Assembly (NCBI GenBank): GCA_963718575.1 | Contig: OY970358.1 | Location: 514,172-578,171 of the forward strand | Direction: 5' to 3' | Length of the DNA: 64,000 nucleotides | DNA from: an uncultured bacterium | Lineage (GTDB): Bacteria > Patescibacteriota > Minisyncoccia > UBA6257 > 2-01-FULL-56-20 | In this document: positions 18,932 to 28,748 of the stretch, one piece after another | Position numbering within the stretch: position 1 is the stretch's first letter | Layout: every line of letters begins with the position of its first letter | Program-made: the position numbers and the translations under genes | Notes under the pieces: generated by a model | Told to the model about the DNA's origin: nothing | Databases searched by the model: none | The model's input: only the letters and a program-made list of their open reading frames with translations

Positions 18932-20668
18932 ATGCCCGAGCAACCGCAACAAAATAATTTTGACGACGTAAAGAAGATCATCGCGCCTGCGGGAGCGCAA
19001 GTGTTCCCGAATTATTTGAAGATCGGGGATAAGCTCGCAAAGACGTTCTTCGTCTTTTCCTATCCGCGCTATCTTTCCACGGGCTGGTTCGAGCCGCTCA
19101 TCAACCTGCCGAATCTTTTTGATGTATCCATTTTTATCAGCCCGATCGATACCGGCAGCGCACTCAAGAACCTGCGCAAGAAAGCAGGGCAGCTCGAATC
19201 GCAGATGAACGAAGAACAGGAAAAGGGCTTGGTGAGAAATCCGGTGTTAGAGACGGCCATCAACGACGTAGAAAATCTGCGTGATTCGTTGCAGCAGTCG
19301 GAGGAAAAGCTTTTCAACACCGGCGTCTACATCACGATCTACGCGGACACGCAGGACGAGCTCGCGCGGATCGAGAGCAAGCTCGTCACGATGATGGAAG
19401 CGAAGCTGATCTATATTAAGCCTGCGCTCTTTGAACAGCTTGAAGGATTGTCTTCCATCTTGCCGATCAACGAAGACAAACTGCAGATTTATTCGCCGAT
19501 GAACACGAGTCCGATCTCATCGTTCTTCCCGTTCGTCTCTGAAGACCTTTCCTCCAACCAGGGGATCATGTACGGCATTAATCTTCACAATAGCAATCTT
19601 GTGATCTTCGATCGATTCTCGCTTGAGAACGCGAACGAAGTGGTCTTTGCAAAATCCGGCGCCGGCAAGTCGTACACCACAAAGCTCGAGATTCTGCGCT
19701 CGCTCATGGCGGGTATCGATATGGTGATCGTGATCGATCCGGAGAACGAATATGGCCGCCTTGCGGAGACATTCGGCGGGAGCATGTTCAATATTTCGCT
19801 GTCGTCACATGAACATATCAATCCATTCGATATCCCGCCCGTGCCGGAAGGCGAAACGCCGTCGGACGTTTTGCGCTCGCACATCGTGAATCTCGCGAGT
19901 CTGCTCAAGCTGATGCTTGGAAAACTCTCGCCGGAAGAGGATGCTCTGCTCGACCGCGCGATCACGGAGACGTACGCCTCGCGCGAGATCGTCGCCGAGA
20001 CCGACTTTGCCGGCAAGGAGCCGCCATTGCTCGGCGACCTTGAAACTGTCCTGCGCAATCTGGAAGGCGGCAAAGACATCGCGGAGAAGCTTTATAAATA
20101 CACCAAAGGCAGCTTCGCGGGATTCTTAAACCAATCCACCAATATCGACGTCTCGAACCGCCTGATCATCTTTTCCATACGCGATCTCGAAGAAGAGCTC
20201 CGCCCGCTCGGCATGTTCGTCGTACTCAACTTCATCTGGAACCTCATCCGCGCAAAACTCGCAAAGCGCCTGCTCTTCATTGACGAGGCGTGGATCATGA
20301 TGAAGAACGACGATAGCGCGACGTTCCTCTTCGGCCTCGTCAAGCGCGCGCGCAAATATTATCTTGGGGTCACAACAATCACTCAAGACGTGGAAGATTT
20401 CTTGCGATCGCCGTACGGCCGTCCGATCGTCACAAACTCTTCTTTGCAATTACTCTTAAAGCAAGCGCCTGCGACGATCGACATCGTTGCAAAAGCATTC
20501 GACCTTACCGAAGCGGAAAAGAATTTCCTTCTCGGCGCGGAGGTCGGCACCGGCATCTTCTTCGCCGGCAAACGCCACGTTGCCATCCAGATCGTGCCGT
20601 CGTATTACGAAGATCAGATCATCACTACGAATCCAGAGCAGTTGCTGGAGGAAAAGAATCAAGTGTAA
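18932..20668 (+). CDS. virB4: VirB4-like type IV secretion ATPase
   Basis: Walker A AKSGAGKS, IDPENEY, Walker B LFIDEAW, KRARKY..G...ITQ. Confidence 0.92.
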   Translation: MPEQPQQNNFDDVKKIIAPAGAQVFPNYLKIGDKLAKTFFVFSYPRYLSTGWFEPLINLPNLFDVSIFISPIDTGSALKNLRKKAGQLESQMNEEQEKGLVRNPVLETAINDVENLRDSLQQSEEKLFNTGVYITIYADTQDELARIESKLVTMMEAKLIYIKPALFEQLEGLSSILPINEDKLQIYSPMNTSPISSFFPFVSEDLSSNQGIMYGINLHNSNLVIFDRFSLENANEVVFAKSGAGKSYTTKLEILRSLMAGIDMVIVIDPENEYGRLAETFGGSMFNISLSSHEHINPFDIPPVPEGETPSDVLRSHIVNLASLLKLMLGKLSPEEDALLDRAITETYASREIVAETDFAGKEPPLLGDLETVLRNLEGGKDIAEKLYKYTKGSFAGFLNQSTNIDVSNRLIIFSIRDLEEELRPLGMFVVLNFIWNLIRAKLAKRLLFIDEAWIMMKNDDSATFLFGLVKRARKYYLGVTTITQDVEDFLRSPYGRPIVTNSSLQLLLKQAPATIDIVAKAFDLTEAEKNFLLGAEVGTGIFFAGKRHVAIQIVPSYYEDQIITTNPEQLLEEKNQV

Positions 20669-20677
20669 TTTTCTTTC

Positions 20678-21562
20678 ATGGAAGAAGATAAAATAGACTT
20701 TTTCGATGCTGGAACGATAATGTTTTTTATTATGGCGCTGATCAGTGACGGCGCGTTTTTAGGTTTATTCGGCTTGCTTATTCCGAGAATAGGACTAGTA
20801 GTCGCAATGTTCGTCCTCGGCGCTCACTATTTCATCGGCATTATTGTCCTTTTTTATTTCTGGGGAAAGACTAAGGGCTTCGCGACAAAGGCAATTCTTG
20901 TGGCTGCATGGTTCCTGCCGTTGCCACTACTCACTATAGGATTATTCTTGGCGATTGTGCTTTCTACAAAACTCGGCCAAGAATTTATTGACTTGGCAGA
21001 AAAGGTGGCGATAAACGACCTAGAGGCGCTACCTCTCGCTGCCGCAGTTGTCGCAGCGCCTGAGACAGGCGGCGCGTCACTTGTAGCTGCCGGAGCTCTT
21101 GAGGGTGGTACAGTCGCTGCGGAAGGGGCGGTCATAGCAACTGAAGGTGCTGCCGTCGCAACAGAGGGAGCGGTGGCCGCAGGAGAGGCAGCAGCTGCAG
21201 CAACAGAAGGGGTGACAACCACCACTACCGAACTTGGAACAGAAGGAGTTGGGGCCGGCGCTGATTTAGGCGAGAACGCTGCCAGCGTCTTTAGTAACCC
21301 CTTGGATAATCCAGTTGGGGAGGCTGGGAAAGAGCTGGATATTCCATCGGAAGAGCAATTTCATGAAGGGGAAGGATTTGAAAACGAGACGCAAGAAGAA
21401 CCCGAGGGAGAAAGAGATGAAATGGATCATAATACCAGAAGGATAGTAAAAGGGGTGGAACGAGCCCAGAAGGTTGTTGATATTATTGATAATGTACGAC
21501 AACCTCAAGGGAATGACGAAGATGAGGATGAGCAGGCTGAAGATCTCGCGGACGCGGCGTAA
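20678..21562 (+). CDS. Hypothetical membrane protein with Ala/Thr/Glu/Gly repeats and acidic tail
   Basis: Three N-terminal TM segments; xxATEG repeats. Confidence 0.7.
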   Translation: MEEDKIDFFDAGTIMFFIMALISDGAFLGLFGLLIPRIGLVVAMFVLGAHYFIGIIVLFYFWGKTKGFATKAILVAAWFLPLPLLTIGLFLAIVLSTKLGQEFIDLAEKVAINDLEALPLAAAVVAAPETGGASLVAAGALEGGTVAAEGAVIATEGAAVATEGAVAAGEAAAAATEGVTTTTTELGTEGVGAGADLGENAASVFSNPLDNPVGEAGKELDIPSEEQFHEGEGFENETQEEPEGERDEMDHNTRRIVKGVERAQKVVDIIDNVRQPQGNDEDEDEQAEDLADAA

Positions 21563-21605
21563 CACGCCATATTTCTGCCGTAATTTGCTATACTAAAGCA
21601 AAGAG

Positions 21606-22337
21606 ATGCTATCGCGAACCGTTTTTAAAAAAGTGGCGTTTCTATGCCTTATCGTCTTCGTTGCGTCGGGTGTTTTCCTTTCTTCAAAACCCGTGGAGGC
21701 GCATGCGCAAACCGCCAATGCATCATCACCAACGTTTCTTGTCACGTGGGGAACGACCGGGAGCTATATTCCATCATTTTATTTAGGGAAAGCACTGCCG
21801 ACGTATGGTTCGCAGATCACCGCATCACTTGAACTCATCTCGGCACAAGGAAAAGTGCTCGACCTCAGCGGGCAGACGATCTACTGGTATGTCGATGACA
21901 CGCTGGTGGGCGGTGGTGTTGGCGTGCAACACGTGACGTTTCCACCCGTCGGCGACGCGCCAAATTCCGTGGACCTTCGCGTGACGATTCCCAATTATAA
22001 CGGGGCATATCTTGTCCACGAGATAAGCATTCCGATGGTGCTCCCCAAAACGGTGATATACGCGCCGTATCCGAACGGACAATTTTCACAAAATCCCATC
22101 ACAGTGACCGGGCTTCCATATTTCTTTAACACCACAAGCACCTCGAATCTTTCCTACGCCTGGTCGGTGAATGGCCAAAACGGATCGAATACTGAAAATC
22201 CACAGCAAGCAGAGATCACGCTCCCGGAGGGCACACAGTCGGGGACAGGTCTCGCGATATCGCTCAATGTTACCAATCCGCAGGACTCTACGGTTGGCAC
22301 CGCATCCGTCAATTTAACCTACGAGAGCCAGCTATGA
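21606..22337 (+). CDS. Secreted Ig-like hypothetical protein
   Basis: Signal peptide ending AHA-Q; beta-rich (YWYVDD, YAWSVNG). Confidence 0.75.
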   Translation: MLSRTVFKKVAFLCLIVFVASGVFLSSKPVEAHAQTANASSPTFLVTWGTTGSYIPSFYLGKALPTYGSQITASLELISAQGKVLDLSGQTIYWYVDDTLVGGGVGVQHVTFPPVGDAPNSVDLRVTIPNYNGAYLVHEISIPMVLPKTVIYAPYPNGQFSQNPITVTGLPYFFNTTSTSNLSYAWSVNGQNGSNTENPQQAEITLPEGTQSGTGLAISLNVTNPQDSTVGTASVNLTYESQL

Positions 22338-22837
22338 TCGACATGAATTATTTATCTATTCCTGTTGCGCATGCGGTCTCGATCAGTATGGGAGTCCCCG
22401 GAACAAATCCGAACACGAGCAGCACACCGCCGGGCGCATTCGTCGCAAATGTTTACCAATTTTCGTTGGCGATCGCCGGAGTGCTCGCATTCGGCGTTGT
22501 GGTGTATGGCGGCGTGAAATATATGACGTCCGCGGGAAATCCATCAGGGCAAGGCGACGCAAAGGAATGGATCGAGGCAGCGCTCCTGGGGTTATTATTA
22601 TTAGCGGGAGCATATTTCATTCTGACCGTAGTCAATCCCCAGTTAACAAACCTCATACTGCCGCCGATCCCGGCGGCAAGCACACAAAGCTCCGCGCCCG
22701 GAGGATCAACTCCCACCCCTGCAGCTCCGCCGGTCACTTGTAATGGAACCACGTGTTCACCGGGACAAAGCTGTCTCCCCAGCACTGCTTTTTCAAATAC
22801 TTTCCAATGTTGTATAGGCACCATATCATGTAATTAA
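22334..22837 (+). CDS. T4SS pilin (VirB2/TrbC-like) with Cys-rich C-terminal extension
   Basis: AGVLAFGVVVYGGVKYMTSAGNP....AK..I..ALLGLLLL...YFIL.VVNP; six terminal Cys. Confidence 0.85.
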   Translation: MIDMNYLSIPVAHAVSISMGVPGTNPNTSSTPPGAFVANVYQFSLAIAGVLAFGVVVYGGVKYMTSAGNPSGQGDAKEWIEAALLGLLLLAGAYFILTVVNPQLTNLILPPIPAASTQSSAPGGSTPTPAAPPVTCNGTTCSPGQSCLPSTAFSNTFQCCIGTISCN

Positions 22838-22841
22838 TCCT

Positions 22842-24182
22842 ATGAAACGCTATATTTATATCATCATCGGCATCATCGTCGCGGCGGCTATCGCGATATT
22901 GATCCTTTTCCTTTTAAAGGGGCGCTTAGGTAATTCAACTCCCGGCATAACGGGCAACACGACGAGCACCGGCTCGCTTCCGGTCGCGGGCACGCAGGGG
23001 AGTAACGGCACGGGGACGGGAAGCAGTACGACGCCGCTCGGCCTGTCGCCGATAGCCGGCAGCAGCACGCCGGCCGCGAGCAGCCAGATGTCTGTGCAAA
23101 ATTTTGGCGTGCTTTCAAGCGATCCCGTCCTTGATTATTTTATTGATACAAAGAACAACGTCACCGCCATCGAGCCGACCGGCGCCATCTTCACAATTTC
23201 AAATGGACAATCGGCCGTCATTAACTCCTCGACGATCAACGCGATCATCTCCGCCAGCTTTTCCTATGACGGCAAGATGACTTTGGTAAGTTATGGCACG
23301 GCCACCGATCCACAGGCGGCGATATTCAATGTTTCGACAGGCGTATGGACCGGGCTCCCTCAGGGGATGCTCTCGCCCCAGTGGTCGCCGGCAAATAACT
23401 ATCAGATCGCATATCTTGCGGCAACGGGGAACGGCAAACTCGCGCTCGCGACCATCAATGCGGCGAATCTTAAAGCGGGTCCGGTCACGCTGCTTTCGCT
23501 CAACGCGAACGACGTTGCACTCCAGTGGCCCACACAAAGCGAGTTTATTCTTTCGGATAAACCCACCGCGGAAAATGCGGGCTCGGTGTGGGTATTTAAT
23601 TCCGCCACAAACACACTGACTCCTCTTATCTATGAAGTTCCGGGCGCGGAAGGAATCTGGAGCCATAATGCGTCGATCCCGTACGGGTTGACCTTCTTTG
23701 CCAACCCCTCAGGACAAGGCGACACCCTGCAATTGCAGGCCATAACAGGAAATTTGCCGACTGAGGCGCTCAACTTCCTGACGTTGCCTTCCAAGTGCGC
23801 GTTTAACACGGAACTGATGCCGATATCTGCGCCAAGCTCGCCAACAACCGGAACTCCGACATCCACAGCATCCTCAGCTACAGCAAAGAAGGCGGTGCCC
23901 GTGATAGCCGCGGCGACATCCACCCCGTACCTCGCGCTCTACTGCGGCGTCCCGCGCAGCTCAAGCGGATTCTCTTCCGCGCAACTGCCGGACGCCTACA
24001 ACACGATGGCGCTCTTTACTTCGGATGATATCTATAAAATAAATACCGCGACGGGCGCGGATCAGGTGTTATGGAGCGATGCCACGGAGAATATGGATGC
24101 CTCCGATATGAAATTCTTCAACAACGCACTCTTCTTTATCAACCGTTATGACAGTAAACTATACGGCTTAACGTTTAATTAA
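22842..24182 (+). CDS. Membrane-anchored beta-rich (propeller-like) hypothetical protein
   Basis: Single N-terminal TM; FSYDGK and WSP repeat-like motifs. Confidence 0.75.
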   Translation: MKRYIYIIIGIIVAAAIAILILFLLKGRLGNSTPGITGNTTSTGSLPVAGTQGSNGTGTGSSTTPLGLSPIAGSSTPAASSQMSVQNFGVLSSDPVLDYFIDTKNNVTAIEPTGAIFTISNGQSAVINSSTINAIISASFSYDGKMTLVSYGTATDPQAAIFNVSTGVWTGLPQGMLSPQWSPANNYQIAYLAATGNGKLALATINAANLKAGPVTLLSLNANDVALQWPTQSEFILSDKPTAENAGSVWVFNSATNTLTPLIYEVPGAEGIWSHNASIPYGLTFFANPSGQGDTLQLQAITGNLPTEALNFLTLPSKCAFNTELMPISAPSSPTTGTPTSTASSATAKKAVPVIAAATSTPYLALYCGVPRSSSGFSSAQLPDAYNTMALFTSDDIYKINTATGADQVLWSDATENMDASDMKFFNNALFFINRYDSKLYGLTFN

Positions 24183-24248
24183 AAAGCTGTAGCTGTTGAG
24201 CGCTTGAGCGTTCCTACGCGGTAGCGAAACAGCTATGGCTTTTTAATT
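24177..24248 (+). repeat. GAGCGA-core structured element, copy 1 (also a bidirectional terminator-like hairpin)
   Basis: AAAAAGCTGTAGCTGTT-GAGCGCTTGAGCGTTCCTACGCGGTAGCGA-AACAGCTATGGCTTTTT. Confidence 0.8.
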
Positions 24249-24685
24249 TATTCCAATATCGGCTTGATAATGACGTAGCGTTCTTTTCCTTCGCCGGCGC
24301 TTTCTGTCTTCACTTCAGGATGCACCGCGAGCTCCATGTGTACCAGCCGGCGCTCGTAGGAGTTCATTGCGGGGAGCGCAACCTCCGCCTTTGTGGTTGC
24401 CGCCTTTTTTGCCGCAGCGCGCGCGAGTTCCGCGATCAAACGCTCGCGGTCGTGGCGGTAATTATTGACGTCGAGAAATATCGCTTCGGCCTGGTTCTTT
24501 TTTGCGACCATCTGGAGAATGTGATTCACCGCATCCACGATCGCGGGGAGGTTCTCCTTCACCATCTCGGCGTCTTCATAAATAAAAACCGAGCCCCGGC
24601 GTTCATCTATCTTTATCTCTAAGTGATAATCCTTAAATCCGATGAGGTCCAGCGTCTTTTTAATGAATGATTCCCAGTTGTCCAT
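24248..24685 (-). CDS. jag: Jag/KhpB-like R3H domain RNA-binding protein (short form)
   Basis: LDVNNYR, LPAMNSYERRLVH, TESAGEGKERYVII; downstream of yidC. Confidence 0.88.
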   Translation of the reverse strand: MDNWESFIKKTLDLIGFKDYHLEIKIDERRGSVFIYEDAEMVKENLPAIVDAVNHILQMVAKKNQAEAIFLDVNNYRHDRERLIAELARAAAKKAATTKAEVALPAMNSYERRLVHMELAVHPEVKTESAGEGKERYVIIKPILE

Positions 24686-24769
24686 AGGTTCCCGTAACTA
24701 TTCCATATTCTGCCGACAAAATCAAGCATCGTCTGCCTGCCGTTGTTTTATATATGAAATATGAATTGC

Positions 24770-25483
24770 CTATGCCCCGTACTTTTTCTGGAGATGCTTG
24801 TTGACGAAGTACTGTTGGATGGCGGAGAAGAGGGAGCTCATCAACCAATAGAGACCGAGTGCGGCGGGAAAGTTATAAAACACGAGGATTGTGATGATTG
24901 GACCGACAAACACCATTTGTCGGGCGATTTTTTCGGCTTGCGATAGCGCGCCGGTGTTTGTGGGGGACCGATAGATGGTAAGTTTTGCCTGAAGAAATTG
25001 CGCGGCGGCGGCGGCGAGGATGAGGATGAAGTTCGGATTCGCAAGATTGATGAATCCTAAAAATATCGTGTTGATGTGCCGTGGAGCTGGGACAAAGGAA
25101 TATAATCCCGCGATCGCTCCCGTGCCGATACCGGAGCGGATCACCCAATAGAACGTGAGGAGGATCGGAAGCTGGATGATGAGCAATAACATTCCGGAAA
25201 ACGGATTCACGCCGTGTTCTTTATATAACTCCATCAGCGCCTTCGCCTGCGCATCGCGATCCTCTTTATGTTTTATCTGAATATCTTTTATCTTCGGCTG
25301 GATGCGTTGCATGAGCATCTGCTGCTTCGCGCCGGTATGGAAGAATGGATAGAGGATGAGGCGGATGAAAAGCGTGACGAGGATGATCGCGACGCCGAGA
25401 TCGTGATACCCGATTGTATTGTAAAAAAAGATAAGAAGGTTGAGGACCGGCCGGTAGAATATCTGCTGGTAGAGATAAACCAT
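24770..25483 (-). CDS. yidC: YidC/Oxa1 membrane protein insertase
   Basis: AIILVTLFIRLILYP, MELYKEHGVNP, IQLPIL, PAALGLYW. Confidence 0.95.
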   Translation of the reverse strand: MVYLYQQIFYRPVLNLLIFFYNTIGYHDLGVAIILVTLFIRLILYPFFHTGAKQQMLMQRIQPKIKDIQIKHKEDRDAQAKALMELYKEHGVNPFSGMLLLIIQLPILLTFYWVIRSGIGTGAIAGLYSFVPAPRHINTIFLGFINLANPNFILILAAAAAQFLQAKLTIYRSPTNTGALSQAEKIARQMVFVGPIITILVFYNFPAALGLYWLMSSLFSAIQQYFVNKHLQKKYGA

Positions 25484-25494
25484 ATTTTTTATTT

Positions 25495-25812
25495 TTATAA
25501 TTGGGTTTTGGTCAGCGCCTTTACAACCTCCTCCTTAAATTGCTTCTTTGTGATGCGATTTGCGCCCGGCAAAACTATCATAAGGATATCACTTCCGGGC
25601 GTCGCGTGGGCAACAAGCACCGCTTGCGCCTGCCGCTTCCAAAAATTCCTTTTTACTGCGGTTTTATGAACGGATACTCCCGCCACGATCCCGATCCTTG
25701 CACGATCGCCGGCATTCTTCTTTGTTTTAAGAAGGAAAAACGCGGTTGGGGTTGTTTTATAGCCTCGGGCGCGGAACTGGTCCGAGGGAAGGCGCATTGT
25801 TTTAATGGCCAT
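25495..25812 (-). CDS. rnpA: Ribonuclease P protein component
   Basis: RIGIVAG..VHKTAVKRN..KR; between rpmH and yidC. Confidence 0.88.
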   Translation of the reverse strand: MAIKTMRLPSDQFRARGYKTTPTAFFLLKTKKNAGDRARIGIVAGVSVHKTAVKRNFWKRQAQAVLVAHATPGSDILMIVLPGANRITKKQFKEEVVKALTKTQL

Positions 25813-25830
25813 AATGGCTTTAAAGGCCGT

Positions 25831-25965
25831 TTAAACGGCAAGCTTCTTCCTTCCTTTCGCCCTGCGGCGGGAAAGAACGCGGCGGCCGGTAGGGCTGGCC
25901 TGACGCACTAAAAAACCATGGGTGGTTTTTCGCTTCTTTTTCTTCGGATTGTATGTGAACGACAT
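25831..25965 (-). CDS. rpmH: 50S ribosomal protein L34
   Basis: [21 protein letters not shown]...[16 protein letters not shown]. Confidence 0.96.
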   Translation of the reverse strand: MSFTYNPKKKKRKTTHGFLVRQASPTGRRVLSRRRAKGRKKLAV

Positions 25966-26143
25966 TCCCTCGATAATATCATAGGTTTTTGAAAAAGCAA
26001 AGCCCCGCACCGCCAAGCCGCAGATGTTTTTTATTCTCTCCCCACGTAATCCACAGGAAGATAACTTTCTTTGTTTATGCGCTCTTTGACTTGTGCGAAG
26101 GAAGAGATAATAATGAATCCACAAACTTAATTATTTTTTAATC
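25966..26143. promoter_or_regulatory. rpmH-dnaA intergenic region with degenerate DnaA boxes
   Basis: TAATCCACA 26047-26055, GAATCCACA 26115-26123, TTGACT -35 at 26086. Confidence 0.6.
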
Positions 26144-27496
26144 ATGGACCTTGAACAGATGTGGCAGTCGACGTTAGGGGAGATGGAGGTTCAACTGACG
26201 AAGGCGCACTTTGCGACGTGGCTAAAAAATAGTCGGCCGATCAATAAAAAGGATGATACGCTCTTTGTCGCGCTCCCGAGCAACTTTGCAAAAACATGGG
26301 TGGAGGAAAAATATCAAAAAAACATCATCGGCATCGTCCGAAATATGGATACGTCGGTCAAAAAGATCGAATTCGTGGTAGGAAGCAAACAGATTGCGTT
26401 CAATGCTCCCGCGCCTGAGGTAAAGAACGTCCAAAGTGGCGGCGCCGAACTTGATTTTGCAAAAACCGATCCGGAAACAGGATTGAACCCCAAATATACG
26501 CTGGCTTCGTTCGTCGTCGGCCCCTCAAACGAACTTGCGTTCGCCGCCGCCGCTGCGATCACTGAAGCACCCGGCAAAAAATACAATCCTTTTTTCATCT
26601 ACGGCGGCGTCGGACTCGGAAAGACCCATCTTATCCAGGCGATCGGCAACGAACTCAATGCGAAGTTTAAAGGAAAGATAAAAACGAAATATGTTTCCTC
26701 CGAACAATTCACGCGCGACATCGTGTGGGGGCTTCGCAACGACCGGATTGAAAGCGTAAAAAAGAAATATCGCGATGTCGACGTGTTGATTATCGACGAT
26801 ATCCAATTCATCGGCGGAAAAGAAAAGACGGAAGAAGAATTTTTCCACACTTTCAACGCGCTCTATGAGAATGATAAGCAGATCATCATCTCGTCCGACC
26901 GGCCGCCGCAATCCCTCCCGACGCTCGAAGAGCGCCTTCGTTCGCGTTTTGAGGGCGGGCTTATCGCGGACGTGTCCTATCCGGAATTCGAGATGCGCGT
27001 GGCGATCATCCGCAGCAAACTCCAGGAGATGAACCACCCATTGAGCGATCAGGTGACCGACCTCATCGCGAAGCGCCTCCGGAAGAACATCCGCGAGTTG
27101 GAAGGGGTGCTTAAGAAGATTATATTCTATGAGGAGCGAAAACAGACGGAGATCACCGTGAAGGCGGCCGAGGAGATCATAGAAAAGGCCACCCAGAACC
27201 TCTCTAAGCGCGTCACCGATGCCCAGATCCTGAAGTCTGTGGCTGAGTTCTTTAATATCGCCGTCGAGGACCTTGTGAGCCATAATCGCCGTAAGGAAGT
27301 GGTGGAGCCGCGCCAGATCGCAATCTATCTTCTTCGGGATATCTCGGAGCTTTCCTATCCGTATATTGGTGAGAAGCTGGGGAGAGACCACACCACCGCC
27401 ATCCACTCCTACGAAAAAATCAACAGTGAGATCAACAGAAACCCCGCACTTAATCAAAAGATATTAACCATTAAGGATATGATTTATAAGAGTTAG
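26144..27496 (+). CDS. dnaA: Chromosomal replication initiator DnaA
   Basis: YNPFFIYGGVGLGKTHL, LIIDDIQF, EEFFHTFN, RLRSRF, GRDHTT. Confidence 0.99.
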   Translation: MDLEQMWQSTLGEMEVQLTKAHFATWLKNSRPINKKDDTLFVALPSNFAKTWVEEKYQKNIIGIVRNMDTSVKKIEFVVGSKQIAFNAPAPEVKNVQSGGAELDFAKTDPETGLNPKYTLASFVVGPSNELAFAAAAAITEAPGKKYNPFFIYGGVGLGKTHLIQAIGNELNAKFKGKIKTKYVSSEQFTRDIVWGLRNDRIESVKKKYRDVDVLIIDDIQFIGGKEKTEEEFFHTFNALYENDKQIIISSDRPPQSLPTLEERLRSRFEGGLIADVSYPEFEMRVAIIRSKLQEMNHPLSDQVTDLIAKRLRKNIRELEGVLKKIIFYEERKQTEITVKAAEEIIEKATQNLSKRVTDAQILKSVAEFFNIAVEDLVSHNRRKEVVEPRQIAIYLLRDISELSYPYIGEKLGRDHTTAIHSYEKINSEINRNPALNQKILTIKDMIYKS

Positions 27497-27629
27497 TCCT
27501 ATGGTTGTCCACATAGGAAGTGCGTGGTAGGGGTTATGGATATTGAATAAAAAAACTTTATCCCCAAAAAAGCACCTCACTAATAACAATAATCATAAAA
27601 AGTATTTAAATATAATTTATAATTAAGAG
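27497..27629. other. Probable oriC unwinding region
   Basis: TTGTCCACA 27505-27513, TTATCCCCA 27558-27566, then trinucleotide run CTA ATA ACA ATA ATC ATA and a very AT-rich tract before dnaN. Confidence 0.7.
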
Positions 27630-28742
27630 ATGAAATTTATTGCGATTAGGGTGAATATTAAAGATGCAATTTCGGCGATTGAGAAAGCGGTTGGAGAAAA
27701 CACCAACCTGCCGATATTAAAAAACATCCTCATTGAGGCGGAGAATAACACCATCACATTTACCGCGACCAATCTTGAGATCGCGATAACACACCGCGTT
27801 GCGGGAAAGGTGATTGAGGATGGAAAAATAACCGTGCCACTCGCGCTTTTCTCCAGCCTTATCGGGAATATTCAAAGCGATCGGTTGAATTTTGAAAAGA
27901 AAGAAAATAATCTTGAGATCGCGACGGATAACTACAGCGCGGTGATCAATGGGATGTCACCGGAAGATTTCCCCATCACCCCAAAGATAAAAAATACCGA
28001 GAACTATATCGAGATCAAGAGTGTGTTCCTCCGGGAAGCGATCCAGCAAGTCACTGTCGCCTCACAATATTCCGATCTGCGGCCGGAGTTGAATAGTGTT
28101 TTATTTAATTTTTCAATCGAGAGCTTGATTCTCGCGTCCACTGATGGATTTCGCCTCGCGGAGCGATCCATCCCTTCAAATATGTTTGTGACAAAAAAGA
28201 AAGAGACCTTCAAAATGCTCGTTCCGTTGCGCACGAGTTTGGAGGTTTCGCGCATTATGCGTGATGACGAAGTGGTACGCATCTACCAAGATGACAACCA
28301 AGTGCTCTTTAAGAGCGACCAGACGGAGATGATCTCCCGGTTGGTGGAAGGGAGCTTCCCGGATTATTCCGCCATCGTGCCGCGCGAATTTGCGGCAGAG
28401 ATCGTGGTGGAGAAGGATGAGTTTTTGAATGCGATAAAACTCGCCGGCGTGTTTGGGCAGAAAAACAGCGAGGTAAAGATCAAGATCCATCAAAACAAGA
28501 AGGCGATCGAGATCAGCTCTGCTGACCAGGCGCTTGGCGAGAACAACAATATCCTCCCGGCAAAGATTACCGGCGATATTCCCGAAGTATTTTTCAACTG
28601 GCGCTATCTATCCGATCCGCTAAAGAGCATTAAGGCCGCGGATTTATTCATTGGCTTACAGGAAGATGCGGGGCCGGCGCTTATCCGCGCAGTGAGTGAC
28701 ACATCGTATTTCTACGTTTTGAGGCCGATCTTAAAGTCCTAG
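27630..28742 (+). CDS. dnaN: DNA polymerase III beta sliding clamp
   Basis: LPILKNIL, ATNLE, STDGFRL, SRLVEGSFPDY, YVLRPI. Confidence 0.97.
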   Translation: MKFIAIRVNIKDAISAIEKAVGENTNLPILKNILIEAENNTITFTATNLEIAITHRVAGKVIEDGKITVPLALFSSLIGNIQSDRLNFEKKENNLEIATDNYSAVINGMSPEDFPITPKIKNTENYIEIKSVFLREAIQQVTVASQYSDLRPELNSVLFNFSIESLILASTDGFRLAERSIPSNMFVTKKKETFKMLVPLRTSLEVSRIMRDDEVVRIYQDDNQVLFKSDQTEMISRLVEGSFPDYSAIVPREFAAEIVVEKDEFLNAIKLAGVFGQKNSEVKIKIHQNKKAIEISSADQALGENNNILPAKITGDIPEVFFNWRYLSDPLKSIKAADLFIGLQEDAGPALIRAVSDTSYFYVLRPILKS

Positions 28743-28748
28743 CTTTTA

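Noticed and set aside
11675-24182. Integrative conjugative element
   Set aside because: No integrase, relaxase, coupling protein or flanking repeats; embedded among core genes
26525-27457. Long antisense ORFs over dnaA, and similarly over pyrG, the Clp ATPase, polX and the MFS gene
   Set aside because: Expected antisense shadows of GC-rich, codon-biased genes
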